A stretch of DNA of 64,000 nt from Anaerolineaceae bacterium (GTDB taxonomy: Bacteria > Chloroflexota > Anaerolineae > Anaerolineales > E44-bin32). Below the pieces are notes generated by a model, which was not told where the DNA came from, searched no databases, and was given only the letters and a program-made list of their open reading frames with translations. The stretch is taken from the NCBI GenBank assembly GCA_020350285.1, contig CP070708.1:3301970-3365969 (forward strand). Direction: 5' to 3'. The number at the start of each line of letters is the position of its first letter. Within the stretch, counting starts at the first letter, position 1. Of the stretch, positions 35,324 through 45,328 are shown one piece after another. The position numbers were made by a program, and so were the translations under genes.

Positions 35324-37090
35324 TCAGTTAATGTGGGCCGAAACGGAAGTAGAACTGCTCGGAGATTGTGATGCGTGGGAATCCTGATTCATTGGCATAC
35401 GTACGGTGACCGTTGTCCCGTCACCCGGATTGGACACGATCTCGAACCGCCCCCCTATCTGTCGTGCCCTTTCAGACATATTTGACAATCCATGACCTAA
35501 CCTTTCGGGTTCCTTGTTGAGGTCAAACCCTCGCCCATTGTCGATAACCTGGAGGAATACTTCCTCATCAAGTTGACGAACGCTGAGCCATACCTTGGTG
35601 GCAAAAGCATGCTTAGCAGTATTGGCCAACGCTTCCTGGGCAATGAGAAATAACTCGGAAGCGGTAACTCGTTCCAGTTTCTCAAGCGCTTCTGGCTCAG
35701 TGATCAATTCTGCATCAACGAGGGTATTGGACTTAAACTCCCCAACGAGCCGTTCCAGCGCAACATGAAGATCATCAACCTCAATGCGACTCGGCTGCAG
35801 ATCGAGGATATAAGATCTCAGATCCCCAATAACCGCATCAAGACCTTCGATCGCCTGCTCCAATCGTTGGATGGCCTGTTCTGGATCCTCCTCGATCTGG
35901 AGACGGATATATTCGAGGGTCAACCCAACTGCGTAGACCGATTGGATGATCCCATCATGGAGATCCATTCCAATTCGCTCACGTTCTTCTAGTACGGCTA
36001 AGCGACGTGTCCGTCGATTGAGACGAGCATTTTCGACCGCGATCCCAACCCCGGCACCAACAGCTTCAAGCAGGCTGATTTCCCTCTCATCGATAACGCG
36101 CTCGCCTTGAAAAGCAAGACACAAAACTCCAACAACTTGTCCAGGCGCGTTAAGCGGGACACAAACCATCGATCCAAAACCAGCATCACCCACAGCTGGA
36201 TCTAAATAAGTCACTTCATCAGTAAGATTAGGGGTCCATAATGGCTTGCCATCTTTCGCCACTTGACCGACCAATCCTTCGCCAGGCCGAAAACGATCGG
36301 CCTCCCACAAAGCCTCGATCACCTCCCCCCGATGAAGTACTTTGTAAAAACTGCCTTCCGTCTCCTCCCTCAGGTAGAATTCCCCAGCACCAGCCCCAAA
36401 GATGGTAATCAGTCTCTCAAGCATCACCTCAAGCAAGGCATCAAGTTCCGATGTTGAACTTGTGGTCGTGGATAAAGAGTTAACAAGTTCCAATTCCAGG
36501 TTGCGTTGGGTAAGCTCCGCTTCGCTTTCCGAGACTTGTCGGTAAAGCCTGGCGTTCTCAATTGCCGCAGCAGCGTGTGCTGCCAGCATCTCAATCAATC
36601 GTTGATCTTCGGGAGTGAATTCATCAGCATTGCGTTTATCGGTGAGGTAGATCTGGCCTAAGTTACGACCATAGGCAATGATGGGAACACCCAGAAAGGA
36701 ACGCATCCTCGGATGTCCTGAAGGAAAACCGACCGAACGTGGATGCTCGATTATTTCTGGAATACGTATGCTTTGACCCGTCCGTATCATCTCTCCTATC
36801 AACCCATGCCCCACAGGCAGGTGCGGAATCTGCCTCGTCTCTTCATCTGACATACCGAGGGTGATAAAAGCCTCCAGCCCGCCTTTACCATCAGGTATTC
36901 CAATTGCTGCGTATTGGGCTCCGGAAAGATCACGGGCTGCATGGATGATGCGGCGGAGGACGCCGTCCAAAGACAGGTCAGAAAATAAACTCAATGTTGC
37001 CCGGTGCAGAGCATCCACGTTGTTCTCTGCACGTGAGCTCTCATCTGGGGCCTCCTTCTGGGTTCCCAGAGACTGACGCTCTTCTTTCAC
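35324..37090 (-). CDS. Sensor histidine kinase: two GAF domains, HisKA_3 and HATPase_c
   Basis: Two GAF-like segments are followed by the H-box ERERIGMDLHDGIIQS (HisKA_3 type) and the ATP-binding boxes EALANTAKHA, DNGRGF and GHGLSNMSERA. GTG start with GGGAAGG RBS. Confidence 0.85.
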   Translation of the reverse strand: MKEERQSLGTQKEAPDESSRAENNVDALHRATLSLFSDLSLDGVLRRIIHAARDLSGAQYAAIGIPDGKGGLEAFITLGMSDEETRQIPHLPVGHGLIGEMIRTGQSIRIPEIIEHPRSVGFPSGHPRMRSFLGVPIIAYGRNLGQIYLTDKRNADEFTPEDQRLIEMLAAHAAAAIENARLYRQVSESEAELTQRNLELELVNSLSTTTSSTSELDALLEVMLERLITIFGAGAGEFYLREETEGSFYKVLHRGEVIEALWEADRFRPGEGLVGQVAKDGKPLWTPNLTDEVTYLDPAVGDAGFGSMVCVPLNAPGQVVGVLCLAFQGERVIDEREISLLEAVGAGVGIAVENARLNRRTRRLAVLEERERIGMDLHDGIIQSVYAVGLTLEYIRLQIEEDPEQAIQRLEQAIEGLDAVIGDLRSYILDLQPSRIEVDDLHVALERLVGEFKSNTLVDAELITEPEALEKLERVTASELFLIAQEALANTAKHAFATKVWLSVRQLDEEVFLQVIDNGRGFDLNKEPERLGHGLSNMSERARQIGGRFEIVSNPGDGTTVTVRMPMNQDSHASQSPSSSTSVSAHIN

Positions 37091-37238
37091 ATCATACCTT
37101 CCCTTTGGATAAATTCTACCCTATACGTATGCGATCGCCAACGTTCAACCAAAAATCGCCCCCCTTCCCATAACCGCTGCCAATACAAAGTACACATCTC
37201 CAATCCTGATAGTTTTTGCCAGATTAAGAGTCGTATAT

Positions 37239-38573
37239 ATGAGCGACGTCTTGCCCAGGAGTGACATGATGCCCAACACCCGCTCCTCGCGCTTGCCCGG
37301 TTTCTACGCGTTGACCCGAGAAGATCGTCTCGCCGCGGTGGCTGAGGTCTGCAAGTTGGATCCAGAAGCTTTGACTGCGCTATCTGGTGAGGGAGGTTTA
37401 TCATCGGAGGGTGCCAATCACATGATCGAAAATGTGATCGGCACCTATGATCTTCCACTAGGTATAGCCGTGAACTTCCTTGTTAATGATCGTGAAGTTC
37501 TCGTGCCGATGGTTATTGAGGAGCCTTCTGTTGTTGCAGGGGCGTCCTACATGGCAAAGCTCGTGCGATCTGGAGGGGGTTTCACGGCGAAATCCTCCGC
37601 ATCCAATATGATCGCCCAGATTCAGATCCTTGAGCTGGAAGATCTTGAGGCCGCCAAACAGCAAATACTCGAGAATAAAACAGAACTGCTCGAAACCGCA
37701 AATAAGGTCAATCAAGTCATCACAAAACTGGGTGGAGGGGCACGCGATCTCGAAGTACGGATGTTGGGTGAAACCCCAGTAGGACCGATGTTGGTTGTCC
37801 ATTTGATCTACGACACGTGCGACGCCATGGGTGCAAATACGGTTAACACAGCCGCAGAAGCTCTCGCACCACGGATTGAAGTCCTTACAGGGGGTCGTGC
37901 ACATCTACGTATCCTCTCGAATCTTGCCGATCAACGTTTAGCATATGCTCACTGCCGTATTCCATACAGAGAGCTTGCCTTCGGCGAATTCAGCAGCGAG
38001 CGCGTTCGCGATGGCATCATCGAGGCGTGGGCGTTGGCTGCAGTGGATCCATATCGAGCCGCAACACATAACAAAGGGATCATGAATGGGATTGACGCCG
38101 TCCTGATTGCAACCGGCAACGATTGGCGAGCAGTAGAGGCGGGAGCCCATGCATACGCCGCTCGGGACGGCCACTATACCTCCTTGAGCAACTGGTGGGT
38201 TAACCAAGAAGGTGACCTAGAAGGCGAATTGGAAATGCCTTTAGCTGTAGGAATCGTGGGTGGCGCCACACGTGTCCATCCCACGGCCCAAGCCAATCTG
38301 AAAATCCTTGGCGTAAGTAGTGCCCGTGAATTCGCAGAGATCGTTGTTTCCGTTGGACTTGCGCAAAACCTTGCCGCTCTACGCGCCTTGGCCACGGAGG
38401 GCATTCAGCGAGGTCATATGGCTCTCCATGCCCGACAAATCGCCATCGCTGCAGGCGCAGAAGGGGCTTTGGTTGAATTGGTGGCAAATCAGATGGTCGA
38501 TGAGGGGACAATAACACTCAATCGTGCTCAAGAACTGATCACCACGATGGGCAAAGAAGGCAGATCCGGATAG
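37239..38573 (+). CDS. mvaA: Hydroxymethylglutaryl-CoA reductase, class II
   Basis: SRLPGFY...R......, ENVIGTYDLPLGIAVNFLVN, VPMVIEEPSVVAGAS, DAMGANTVN, HNKGIMNGIDAV, GTVGG-like VGIVGGAT. Confidence 0.9.
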   Translation: MSDVLPRSDMMPNTRSSRLPGFYALTREDRLAAVAEVCKLDPEALTALSGEGGLSSEGANHMIENVIGTYDLPLGIAVNFLVNDREVLVPMVIEEPSVVAGASYMAKLVRSGGGFTAKSSASNMIAQIQILELEDLEAAKQQILENKTELLETANKVNQVITKLGGGARDLEVRMLGETPVGPMLVVHLIYDTCDAMGANTVNTAAEALAPRIEVLTGGRAHLRILSNLADQRLAYAHCRIPYRELAFGEFSSERVRDGIIEAWALAAVDPYRAATHNKGIMNGIDAVLIATGNDWRAVEAGAHAYAARDGHYTSLSNWWVNQEGDLEGELEMPLAVGIVGGATRVHPTAQANLKILGVSSAREFAEIVVSVGLAQNLAALRALATEGIQRGHMALHARQIAIAAGAEGALVELVANQMVDEGTITLNRAQELITTMGKEGRSG

Positions 38574-38691
38574 AATGGCTTGGACCTTGCACCCGCGCAA
38601 GATAAAATCGAGTCCCATGAATGGCAAGGAGACAATCAACCTGATTATGCTCATATAGTCGAGGTTGAAACAATCGGCGAGGTATGAATAA

Positions 38692-39765
38692 GTGACAGAA
38701 AAAAAAGAAACACCCATCCTCAAACCACTTCGTGATGTAGGTATTGTAGGTTACGGCGCATATATCCCGCGTTATCGCTTACCGGCGAGGGAGGTGGCGC
38801 GTGTGTGGAAATCGGGCACCGGCGGTTTGTCGATTGAGGAGAAAGCGGTTGCGGGTCTCGATGAGGATGTGATCACCATGTCCATCGAGGCGGCGCGCAA
38901 CGCGTTAGCCCGTGCCAGCATCGATCCCACCGAGATTCGTGCCGTATGGGTTGGATCGGAATCCCATCCATATGCCGTCAAGCCGACCTCGACAGTCGTC
39001 GCAGAATCGATCGGTGCCACGCCCCACACACAAGCGGCTGACTGGGAGTTCGCCTGTAAGGCGGGGACAGAAGCGATGCAGGCTGCCATCGGTTTCGTTG
39101 GATCCGATATGGCTGACTACGCAATGGCAATAGGGATGGACACTGCGCAAGGCCGACCGGGTGATCCCTTGGAATACACCGCAGGAGCAGGAGGGGCTGC
39201 CTTTCTACTTGGTCCGGCCGAGATGTCACTGGCAACAATCGAAGGTTCCTATTCCTACGCTACCGATACACCAGACTTCTTCCGCCGCGCCGAGGAGAAA
39301 TATCCTGTACATGGGGAGCGATTCACAGGTGAACCCGCCTATTTCAAACATATCACATCGGCTGCCCAGGCTCTCATGGAGGCGTTGAATTGTTCACCCT
39401 CTGACTTTCAACATGTCATTTTCCATCAACCGAACACCAAGTTTCCAAAAAGAGTAGCCAAACAGCTAGGGTTTACGATGGATCAAATCGAAACCGGATT
39501 GTTGGTCCCTAAAATCGGGAACGTATATGCAGGCTCCTCCCTGGTCGGTCTGACTGCAGTGCTTGATGTAGCAGAGCCAGAAGAACGTATTCTTCTGGTC
39601 TCATATGGTTCTGGTGCAGGATCAGATGCGATGAGTCTGAGGACGAAAGCTTTGCTCCCTGAGCGTCGAGGGTTGGCACCAAGGACTCACGACTACATCT
39701 CAAGACGCACTGAGATCGATTATGCAACCTACGCCCGCTACCACGGCAAGATTGCGATGAAATGA
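38692..39765 (+). CDS. HMG-CoA synthase, archaeal-type (about 350 aa)
   Basis: [61 protein letters not shown], and a C-terminal GSGAGSD. GTG start. Confidence 0.8.
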   Translation: MTEKKETPILKPLRDVGIVGYGAYIPRYRLPAREVARVWKSGTGGLSIEEKAVAGLDEDVITMSIEAARNALARASIDPTEIRAVWVGSESHPYAVKPTSTVVAESIGATPHTQAADWEFACKAGTEAMQAAIGFVGSDMADYAMAIGMDTAQGRPGDPLEYTAGAGGAAFLLGPAEMSLATIEGSYSYATDTPDFFRRAEEKYPVHGERFTGEPAYFKHITSAAQALMEALNCSPSDFQHVIFHQPNTKFPKRVAKQLGFTMDQIETGLLVPKIGNVYAGSSLVGLTAVLDVAEPEERILLVSYGSGAGSDAMSLRTKALLPERRGLAPRTHDYISRRTEIDYATYARYHGKIAMK

Positions 39766-40955
39766 CCATGACACAAGACGCGAAGACCAACAAGGATGTG
39801 TATATCATCGGTGTCGGCATGACTCCAGTAGGTGAGCACTGGGAGAAATCCTTGAGAGAGCTGGCACTTGATGCCATCACCGCGTTGCAAGCAGATGGGG
39901 TTTGGGCAAGACCACAAGCTTTATATGTGGCTAATATGTTAGCGCCCTCCCTCTCCGGACAGACACAATTAGCGGCTTTACTAGCGGATTTCGCTGGATT
40001 ACGAGGAATCGAAGCGATCACGATCGAAGCAGCAGGTGCTTCAGGTGGTGCCGCAGCGCGCCAAGCTTACCTCGCCATTACGTCCGGCGTGATCGATGTC
40101 GCGCTCATTGTTGGTGTCGAGAAAGTCACCGAAAGAACGAGTGCTGAACTGGAAGCCGCCCTCAGTACCTCTAGCGATGCTGATCATGAGGCCGTTCATG
40201 GGATCACACCTACAGCTCAAGCAGCACTTCTCATGCGCCGATATCTTCATGAATACAACGTTCCAGAAGATGCATTCGCCGGGTTTAGCCTTAACGCCCA
40301 CGCCAACGCCGTAACCAACCCGCAAGCTATCTACCGAAGGTCAATCCGGGTTGAGAATTATCTGAACGCACCGATGGTAAGCGAACCCGTAAATCTGTTC
40401 GATGCTGCCCCACTAGCCGATGGTGCTGCTGCAATACTCATGGCACGTAGTAACGCGTTACCCGAGGATCTTCCCTATCCACCTGTGCGAATCGCGGCTT
40501 CTTCAATTGTGAGCAATACGGTGGCCATACATGATAGATCTGACCCACTGCTGCTGGATTCTGTTGTCGATTCATCCATTCAAGCTCTACAACAGGCCGG
40601 ATTGAAACCTGAGGACATCGATATATTCGAGTTGCATGATCGCTATTCGATTTACGCTGCTTTGTCCCTTGAAGCGGCTGGGTTCGCCACACGAGGAGAG
40701 GGCTGGAAACTAGCCCATGATGGCGTTATCGCTAAGGACGGCGAAATTCCTATTTGTACCTTTGGTGGTTCAAAGGCCCGCGGTGATACAGGAGGCGCTA
40801 CAGGTGTGTATCAGTTAGCAGAGATAACCCTTCAGTTGCAGGACCGAGCAGGTGAAAACCAGGTTCAGGGTGCGAGATTTGGCATGGCTCAATGTCTGGC
40901 GGCAAGCGGAGCAACTGCTGCGACTCACATCCTTTCTAGGAAAGATGGGCCTTGA
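39762..40955 (+). CDS. Thiolase-domain protein (archaeal-type acetoacetyl-CoA thiolase)
   Basis: 397 aa. [58 protein letters not shown] overlap with the synthase gene. Confidence 0.8.
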   Translation: MTMTQDAKTNKDVYIIGVGMTPVGEHWEKSLRELALDAITALQADGVWARPQALYVANMLAPSLSGQTQLAALLADFAGLRGIEAITIEAAGASGGAAARQAYLAITSGVIDVALIVGVEKVTERTSAELEAALSTSSDADHEAVHGITPTAQAALLMRRYLHEYNVPEDAFAGFSLNAHANAVTNPQAIYRRSIRVENYLNAPMVSEPVNLFDAAPLADGAAAILMARSNALPEDLPYPPVRIAASSIVSNTVAIHDRSDPLLLDSVVDSSIQALQQAGLKPEDIDIFELHDRYSIYAALSLEAAGFATRGEGWKLAHDGVIAKDGEIPICTFGGSKARGDTGGATGVYQLAEITLQLQDRAGENQVQGARFGMAQCLAASGATAATHILSRKDGP

Positions 40956-41035
40956 GAGGTATCTGATAGCTCTTGAGAGTCACAAACGCCTAAACTCTAG
41001 CTTGACTTACACGAACTTTATTCATGAGGCGAGGT

Positions 41036-41443
41036 ATGGAGATATCAAGACACTGGAGATTAAAGAGGCAAAGATACGCTTTAATCGGTGAGGTTTGTCC
41101 ACACTGCAAGAAGAAGATTTTCCCACCGCGGGATATATGTCCTGAGTGTAGTGAAGATGCTCGTACCCTTTACCAGTTCAGCGGTCGCGGTGAGGTCTAT
41201 TCGTATACAACGGTTTTTCAAGCCCCGGCTGGATATGAGGAGCACGCCCCCTATACCGTTGCGCTTGTGAAGCTTGAAGAAGGCCCAATGCTCACGGCTC
41301 AACTAACTGATCTAGGTGATGAACCCGTTGAAGTCGGAATGCCGGTCGAGATGGTGACACGGAAATTACGCTCAGACGGCGAAAAAGGCATGCTCGTTTA
41401 TAGCTATAAGTTTCGTCCCAGATTCAAGGAAGCGGTAAGATAG
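41036..41443 (+). CDS. DUF35 Zn-ribbon/OB-fold protein (scaffold of the thiolase/HMG-CoA synthase complex)
   Basis: CPHCKKKIFPPRDICPEC rubredoxin-like ribbon followed by an OB-fold-like segment (YSYTTV...YTVALVKLEEGPMLTAQL). The start was trimmed to the ATG at 41036, preceded by GAGGCGAGG. Confidence 0.8.
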   Translation: MEISRHWRLKRQRYALIGEVCPHCKKKIFPPRDICPECSEDARTLYQFSGRGEVYSYTTVFQAPAGYEEHAPYTVALVKLEEGPMLTAQLTDLGDEPVEVGMPVEMVTRKLRSDGEKGMLVYSYKFRPRFKEAVR

Positions 41444-41465
41444 AAACATCTATATCGAAGGTGTG

Positions 41466-41499
41466 CGACCTGGCGCATAGTGGCGCCAGGTCGTTTTTT
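41466..41499 (+). terminator. Rho-independent terminator of the mevalonate operon
   Basis: gacctggcgc-atagtg-gcgccaggtc followed by gtttttt. Confidence 0.8.
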
Positions 41500-41701
41500 G
41501 TATAAAATGGCTCAATTGAACCATGTCAATCGTAAGAAGAGGACGCTATATTTGGGGGTGCGGACTGCGACCGCGCCCCTAGATATACCACGTCCTTCAC
41601 CTTGAGAGTGGATTATTCAGAGCACTCATACATCAAGATATTAGGACAGGAGCGAAAAAACGGCACGTATCTTGCACCAATCAGATGGTCAGCTACCCCG
41701 C

Positions 41702-41730
41702 TTGACGCACTTTAGCTCCTATGCTACTAT
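41702..41730 (+). promoter_or_regulatory. Promoter TTGACG, 17 nt spacer, TACTAT, upstream of the LysM lipoprotein gene
   Basis: ttgacg at 41702-41707 and tactat at 41725-41730. This implies a ~140-nt leader before the ATG at 41876. Confidence 0.45.
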
Positions 41731-41875
41731 GCGCGCTTGAAGATCAAAATGGGGCAATAGCTGACCCCACAAACGGAAGGGTGCGAATTAGTTTTATCAA
41801 CTCGGAACGGTAGAAAACATGCGACCAACCGGGTTGTACACCCAAATCAGTCCATGTATATGCTAGGAGGAGCCA

Positions 41876-42505
41876 ATGGGTAAAAAACACCTTAGTTTCC
41901 TGGTGTTCGCCGCACTCATCATGCTCGCGCTCACCATGACGGCCTGTACACGTTCAGCATCAACTTCCCCTGCCCCTGAAACAGAGGAAGCAACCTCAAA
42001 GGAGGCCGCTGATACACAGGCCACGATGGACGCGGTCCGCGCGGCCATTCTCACGCAAACCGCGGAGGCTGGCGAGGCAACGCCTACGGAAGCTCCTACT
42101 GCCACCGAGACACCTGAGGATTCAGGCACACCTGCTGCGGTCACACCCGAGGCGACACCCACATCCGGGGAGATCACAGAGTACACCGTCCAGCCAGGCG
42201 ATTGGATCTTCAAGATCGCCAGGCAGTTCGGCGTCGAACCAGAGGACATCATTGAGCTCAATGATCTGACCTCCCCCAGCCAGATATATCCAGGCTTGGT
42301 TCTGAAGATACCTGCACCATCTGGAGTTGTTGAAACCCAAGAGCCAACCGGTGAAGCAGGGGGCGTGGTCCATGTCGTACAACCGGGTGAATGGATCTGG
42401 CAGATTGCCCGTCAGTATGGTGTTGATCCGCAATCCATCATCGACGCTAATAATCTGACTAATCCAGCCTTGATCTACCCCGGTCAGGAATTGGTCATCC
42501 CCTAG
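41876..42505 (+). CDS. Lipoprotein with two LysM peptidoglycan-binding domains
   Basis: Lipobox LTMTAC and a low-complexity TPE-rich linker. Two LysM units: YTVQPGDWIFKIARQFGV...LNDL...IYPGLVLKIP and HVVQPGEWIWQIARQYGV...NNL...IYPGQELVIP. Confidence 0.88.
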   Translation: MGKKHLSFLVFAALIMLALTMTACTRSASTSPAPETEEATSKEAADTQATMDAVRAAILTQTAEAGEATPTEAPTATETPEDSGTPAAVTPEATPTSGEITEYTVQPGDWIFKIARQFGVEPEDIIELNDLTSPSQIYPGLVLKIPAPSGVVETQEPTGEAGGVVHVVQPGEWIWQIARQYGVDPQSIIDANNLTNPALIYPGQELVIP

Positions 42506-42904
42506 ATCGAAACATCTCGTTTCGTGTTTCGGATCGTCTCAATTGCTGACAAGTGGGGTATGATCTTGCCCACTGGCTCATTTTGTGCGCTGTATCGGAA
42601 CCTTGTAGCAAATAGTGAATAGGCAGTAGAGAAAAACAAAACAGGGGTAGACAGAGAAGTCTACCCCTGTTTACTTTCCCTGAGGATTGGTCTTAACAGG
42701 ATCAAGCAACACTTACGTTTGGTAAATCCCTGATAACAACCAAGTATGAGAAGAAAACCCAATTCTTTGGGGAGGTGGGTCGCACCGCCATAGCCAAGTG
42801 TTCCCCTCCCCATACCATCAGGATACCTTTTTCGGTGCACTCATTGGTAGAATTCAAGGACTGGTGTCATAGGGCGCTAGAAGCCTTTAGACCTGGAGAA
42901 ACTC

Positions 42905-43447
42905 ATGAAATACCGTGTAAATCGCACAGAACAAGTTTTTCAAGGCAAGATCTTCGCCGTGCGGATTGATCAGGTCGACAAACCTACTGGCGAAACCATG
43001 CGTGTCGATGTTGTAGAGCACCATGACGCTGTTGTCCTCATCCCTGTTGATGACGAGGGGAGAATATGGTTCGTTCAACAATATCGGCATCCGACAGGAA
43101 AAAGGCTGCTCGAACTTCCTGCTGGCACACTCGACCCAGGGGAGGAACCCGAAGTGGGTGCCGTGCGTGAATGCCGAGAGGAGATCGGTATGTCCCCTGG
43201 CCAGCTAACCCCACTAGGGGGAGCGTTCCTCGCTCCAGGCTATTCAACGGAGTACCTACACTTTTACCTCGCAAAAGATCTCAGCGAGGCACCGCTTACA
43301 CCGGATCATGATGAAGACCTAAACATTGAGCGTCTGACATGGGATGAAGCTACAGCTCGGATCCCCCAAGGTGAATTAGAGGATGCAAAATCCTTAGCTG
43401 GTTTATTCCTGGCACGTAAGTTACTCAGCGATCCTAGTAAACATTGA
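42905..43447 (+). CDS. NUDIX hydrolase (ADP-ribose pyrophosphatase-like)
   Basis: Nudix box GTLDPGEEPEVGAVRECREEIG. Confidence 0.85.
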   Translation: MKYRVNRTEQVFQGKIFAVRIDQVDKPTGETMRVDVVEHHDAVVLIPVDDEGRIWFVQQYRHPTGKRLLELPAGTLDPGEEPEVGAVRECREEIGMSPGQLTPLGGAFLAPGYSTEYLHFYLAKDLSEAPLTPDHDEDLNIERLTWDEATARIPQGELEDAKSLAGLFLARKLLSDPSKH

Positions 43448-43669
43448 AAACGAATCATCATGGGTTGTGAAGCTGTGAATTCTGGGCAACCGAGTCCTCA
43501 CGCACCACTAGTAGCCTGAAATCTTGATCCAGATTAGTAGAATAATCGATCAAACCATCCTGCCCTATACTCACCTGGACGCATTTCCCAGCGCTGTGGT
43601 ATACTTCTGCCTGCGCCGCCCGAATGAATGGGCGGCCAGTCGTGTCTAAATCAACCAGGGTTAATTCTG

Positions 43670-44023
43670 ATGACTGATGTAGTGAAAGCTCTTGAAGCAC
43701 CGGTAAACCCAAACATCCCGCAACTCCGTCCGGGTGATACCGTTGTTGTGCATGTGAGAATCAAAGAAGGAGATCGTGAGCGGGTCCAGGAATTTCGGGG
43801 CACCATCATTCGATTGCGAAAAGGCGGTAACAATGCAAACTTTACCGTTCGAAGAACCGCATCTCACGGTATCGGTGTCGAGCGGACTTTCCTGCTGCGG
43901 TCCCCGCGTGTCGAAAAGGTCGAAGTGATCCGACGGGCCCATGTACGACGAGCACAATTGTATTACCTACGTGATCGTGTCGGTAAACGAGCGCGCCTAA
44001 AAGAGAAGCGAGGCCCATCATAA
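43670..44023 (+). CDS. rplS: 50S ribosomal protein L19
   Basis: 117 aa with [37 protein letters not shown]...FTVRR...[11 protein letters not shown]....VEVIR. The start was trimmed to the ATG at 43670. Confidence 0.92.
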   Translation: MTDVVKALEAPVNPNIPQLRPGDTVVVHVRIKEGDRERVQEFRGTIIRLRKGGNNANFTVRRTASHGIGVERTFLLRSPRVEKVEVIRRAHVRRAQLYYLRDRVGKRARLKEKRGPS

Positions 44024-44038
44024 GGATCTTGAAAGACC

Positions 44039-44071
44039 AGGGTGCAGCTCAAAAGGCTGCACCCTTTTTTT
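44039..44071 (+). terminator. Rho-independent terminator of rplS
   Basis: agggtgcagc-tcaaaag-gctgcaccct followed by ttttttt. Confidence 0.85.
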
Positions 44072-44200
44072 ATTTCTCGATGCGTTACTCACTCTGTTGT
44101 AACTATCACTGGATGTTTAGAAACCAAGCCGAGTGAGGCGCTCCGGTAGTCACTTTCACGACCTTGACCTAAGCGGCATGCAAGTAGTACCCTTCCAGCT

Positions 44201-45025
44201 ATGGACGATAGAGCGATTGGCATCTTTGATTCCGGTGTTGGTGGTCTTTCAATCCTCAGGCAAATCAGAGCCCTACTGCCAAACGAAGACCTTATATTCC
44301 TCGCTGACCAAGCTCATGTCCCCTATGGCCAGCGAGCGTTGCATGAAGTACGGACTTTTGCTCACAGCATAACCAACTTCCTCCTAGATCATCATGCCAA
44401 GACCATTGTCGTCGCATGCAACACGGCTTCAGCAGCAGCGCTGAAGGATTTAAGATCCACCTTCCCTTCCATACCTTTCGTTGGTATGGAGCCTGCCGTC
44501 AAGCCTGCTGCGGAGACTACACAGAGCCAGGTCGTCGGCGTGTTGGCAACGCCCGCGACCTTTCAAGGTAAGCTTTTCGCTTCCGTTGTGGAACGATTCG
44601 CAAGTAATGTCACGGTGCTTGAAAAAACCCTTCCTGGCTTGGTAGACCAAATTGAGCAAGGGGATTTAGACGGGGCAAAGACTCGGGAGATTCTAGAGCA
44701 GGGGATCTTACCCCTTCTTGAACATGGTGCGGACACCCTAGTTCTGGCGTGCACACATTATCCTTTCATTATTCCACTCCTGTCCGAGCTCGCTGGTCCA
44801 GGCGTGCAGGTCATCGACCCCGCACCAGCGATCGCACGCCAAACAGGTAGGGTTATCAACCAGCATGACCTATCCGCGCCTCCTGAGAAACATGGTCAGA
44901 TTGACTATTACACGACCGGAGATCCAGTTCGTTTTGAGGAATTATCAAAGTCTTTGATTGATGAACCCGGCATTGTTAGACAGGTGTTTTGGAGGCGGAA
45001 GAAACTAGTTCTCCCTGATTGTTGA
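44201..45025 (+). CDS. murI: Glutamate racemase
   Basis: IGIFDSGVGGLS, VVACNTASA and LACTHYP catalytic-Cys motifs. Confidence 0.9.
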   Translation: MDDRAIGIFDSGVGGLSILRQIRALLPNEDLIFLADQAHVPYGQRALHEVRTFAHSITNFLLDHHAKTIVVACNTASAAALKDLRSTFPSIPFVGMEPAVKPAAETTQSQVVGVLATPATFQGKLFASVVERFASNVTVLEKTLPGLVDQIEQGDLDGAKTREILEQGILPLLEHGADTLVLACTHYPFIIPLLSELAGPGVQVIDPAPAIARQTGRVINQHDLSAPPEKHGQIDYYTTGDPVRFEELSKSLIDEPGIVRQVFWRRKKLVLPDC

Positions 45026-45104
45026 AAGCTTAACACCAAAACATCATCCAACTTCCATGTCGGGGCGCAAAGTTTCACTGCCTTTCTTATATAACACAAT
45101 TATC

Positions 45105-45126
45105 GGGGCGCAATTTATTGCGCCCC
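45105..45126. repeat. GGGGCGCAAT-type palindrome (member of the dispersed GTAGGGGC family)
   Basis: ggggcgcaatttattgcgcccc followed by tac. A half copy, cggggcgcaa, lies at 45061-45070. Confidence 0.7.
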
Positions 45127-45273
45127 TACAACATCCTAGCATTAGGCGTCCCGTGGCCGTAGAATTCGCGGGAAGCTTCTCAATGGGTCATCTACGATGA
45201 AAATATGAATATCTCAGAATATCTAGCATCTTAGAATGTCAACCTATGCGATGTGATAGACTCAATTCCAAAC

Positions 45274-45305
45274 AAGAAAAAACCCCCTCGACTACATGAG
45301 GGGGT
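45274..45305 (-). terminator. Rho-independent terminator of gyrA
   Basis: On the minus strand: ccccctc-atgtagtc-gaggggg followed by ttttttctt. Confidence 0.75.
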
Positions 45306-45328
45306 GAACTTTATATTACGAAGTCAAG

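Noticed and set aside
37087-37458. 123-aa minus-strand ORF between the kinase and HMG-CoA reductase genes
   Set aside because: It overlaps the start of the reductase gene and the divergent promoter region. The product is Arg- and Trp-rich and there is no RBS.
39509-40021. 170-aa minus-strand ORF spanning the HMG-CoA synthase/thiolase junction
   Set aside because: It overlaps two strongly supported, translationally coupled plus-strand genes and has no RBS or recognisable motifs.
41731-41875. Calling the LysM leader a c-di-AMP (ydaO) or c-di-GMP riboswitch
   Set aside because: I could not find the characteristic conserved segments of either class by eye. It is retained only as a low-interest leader observation.
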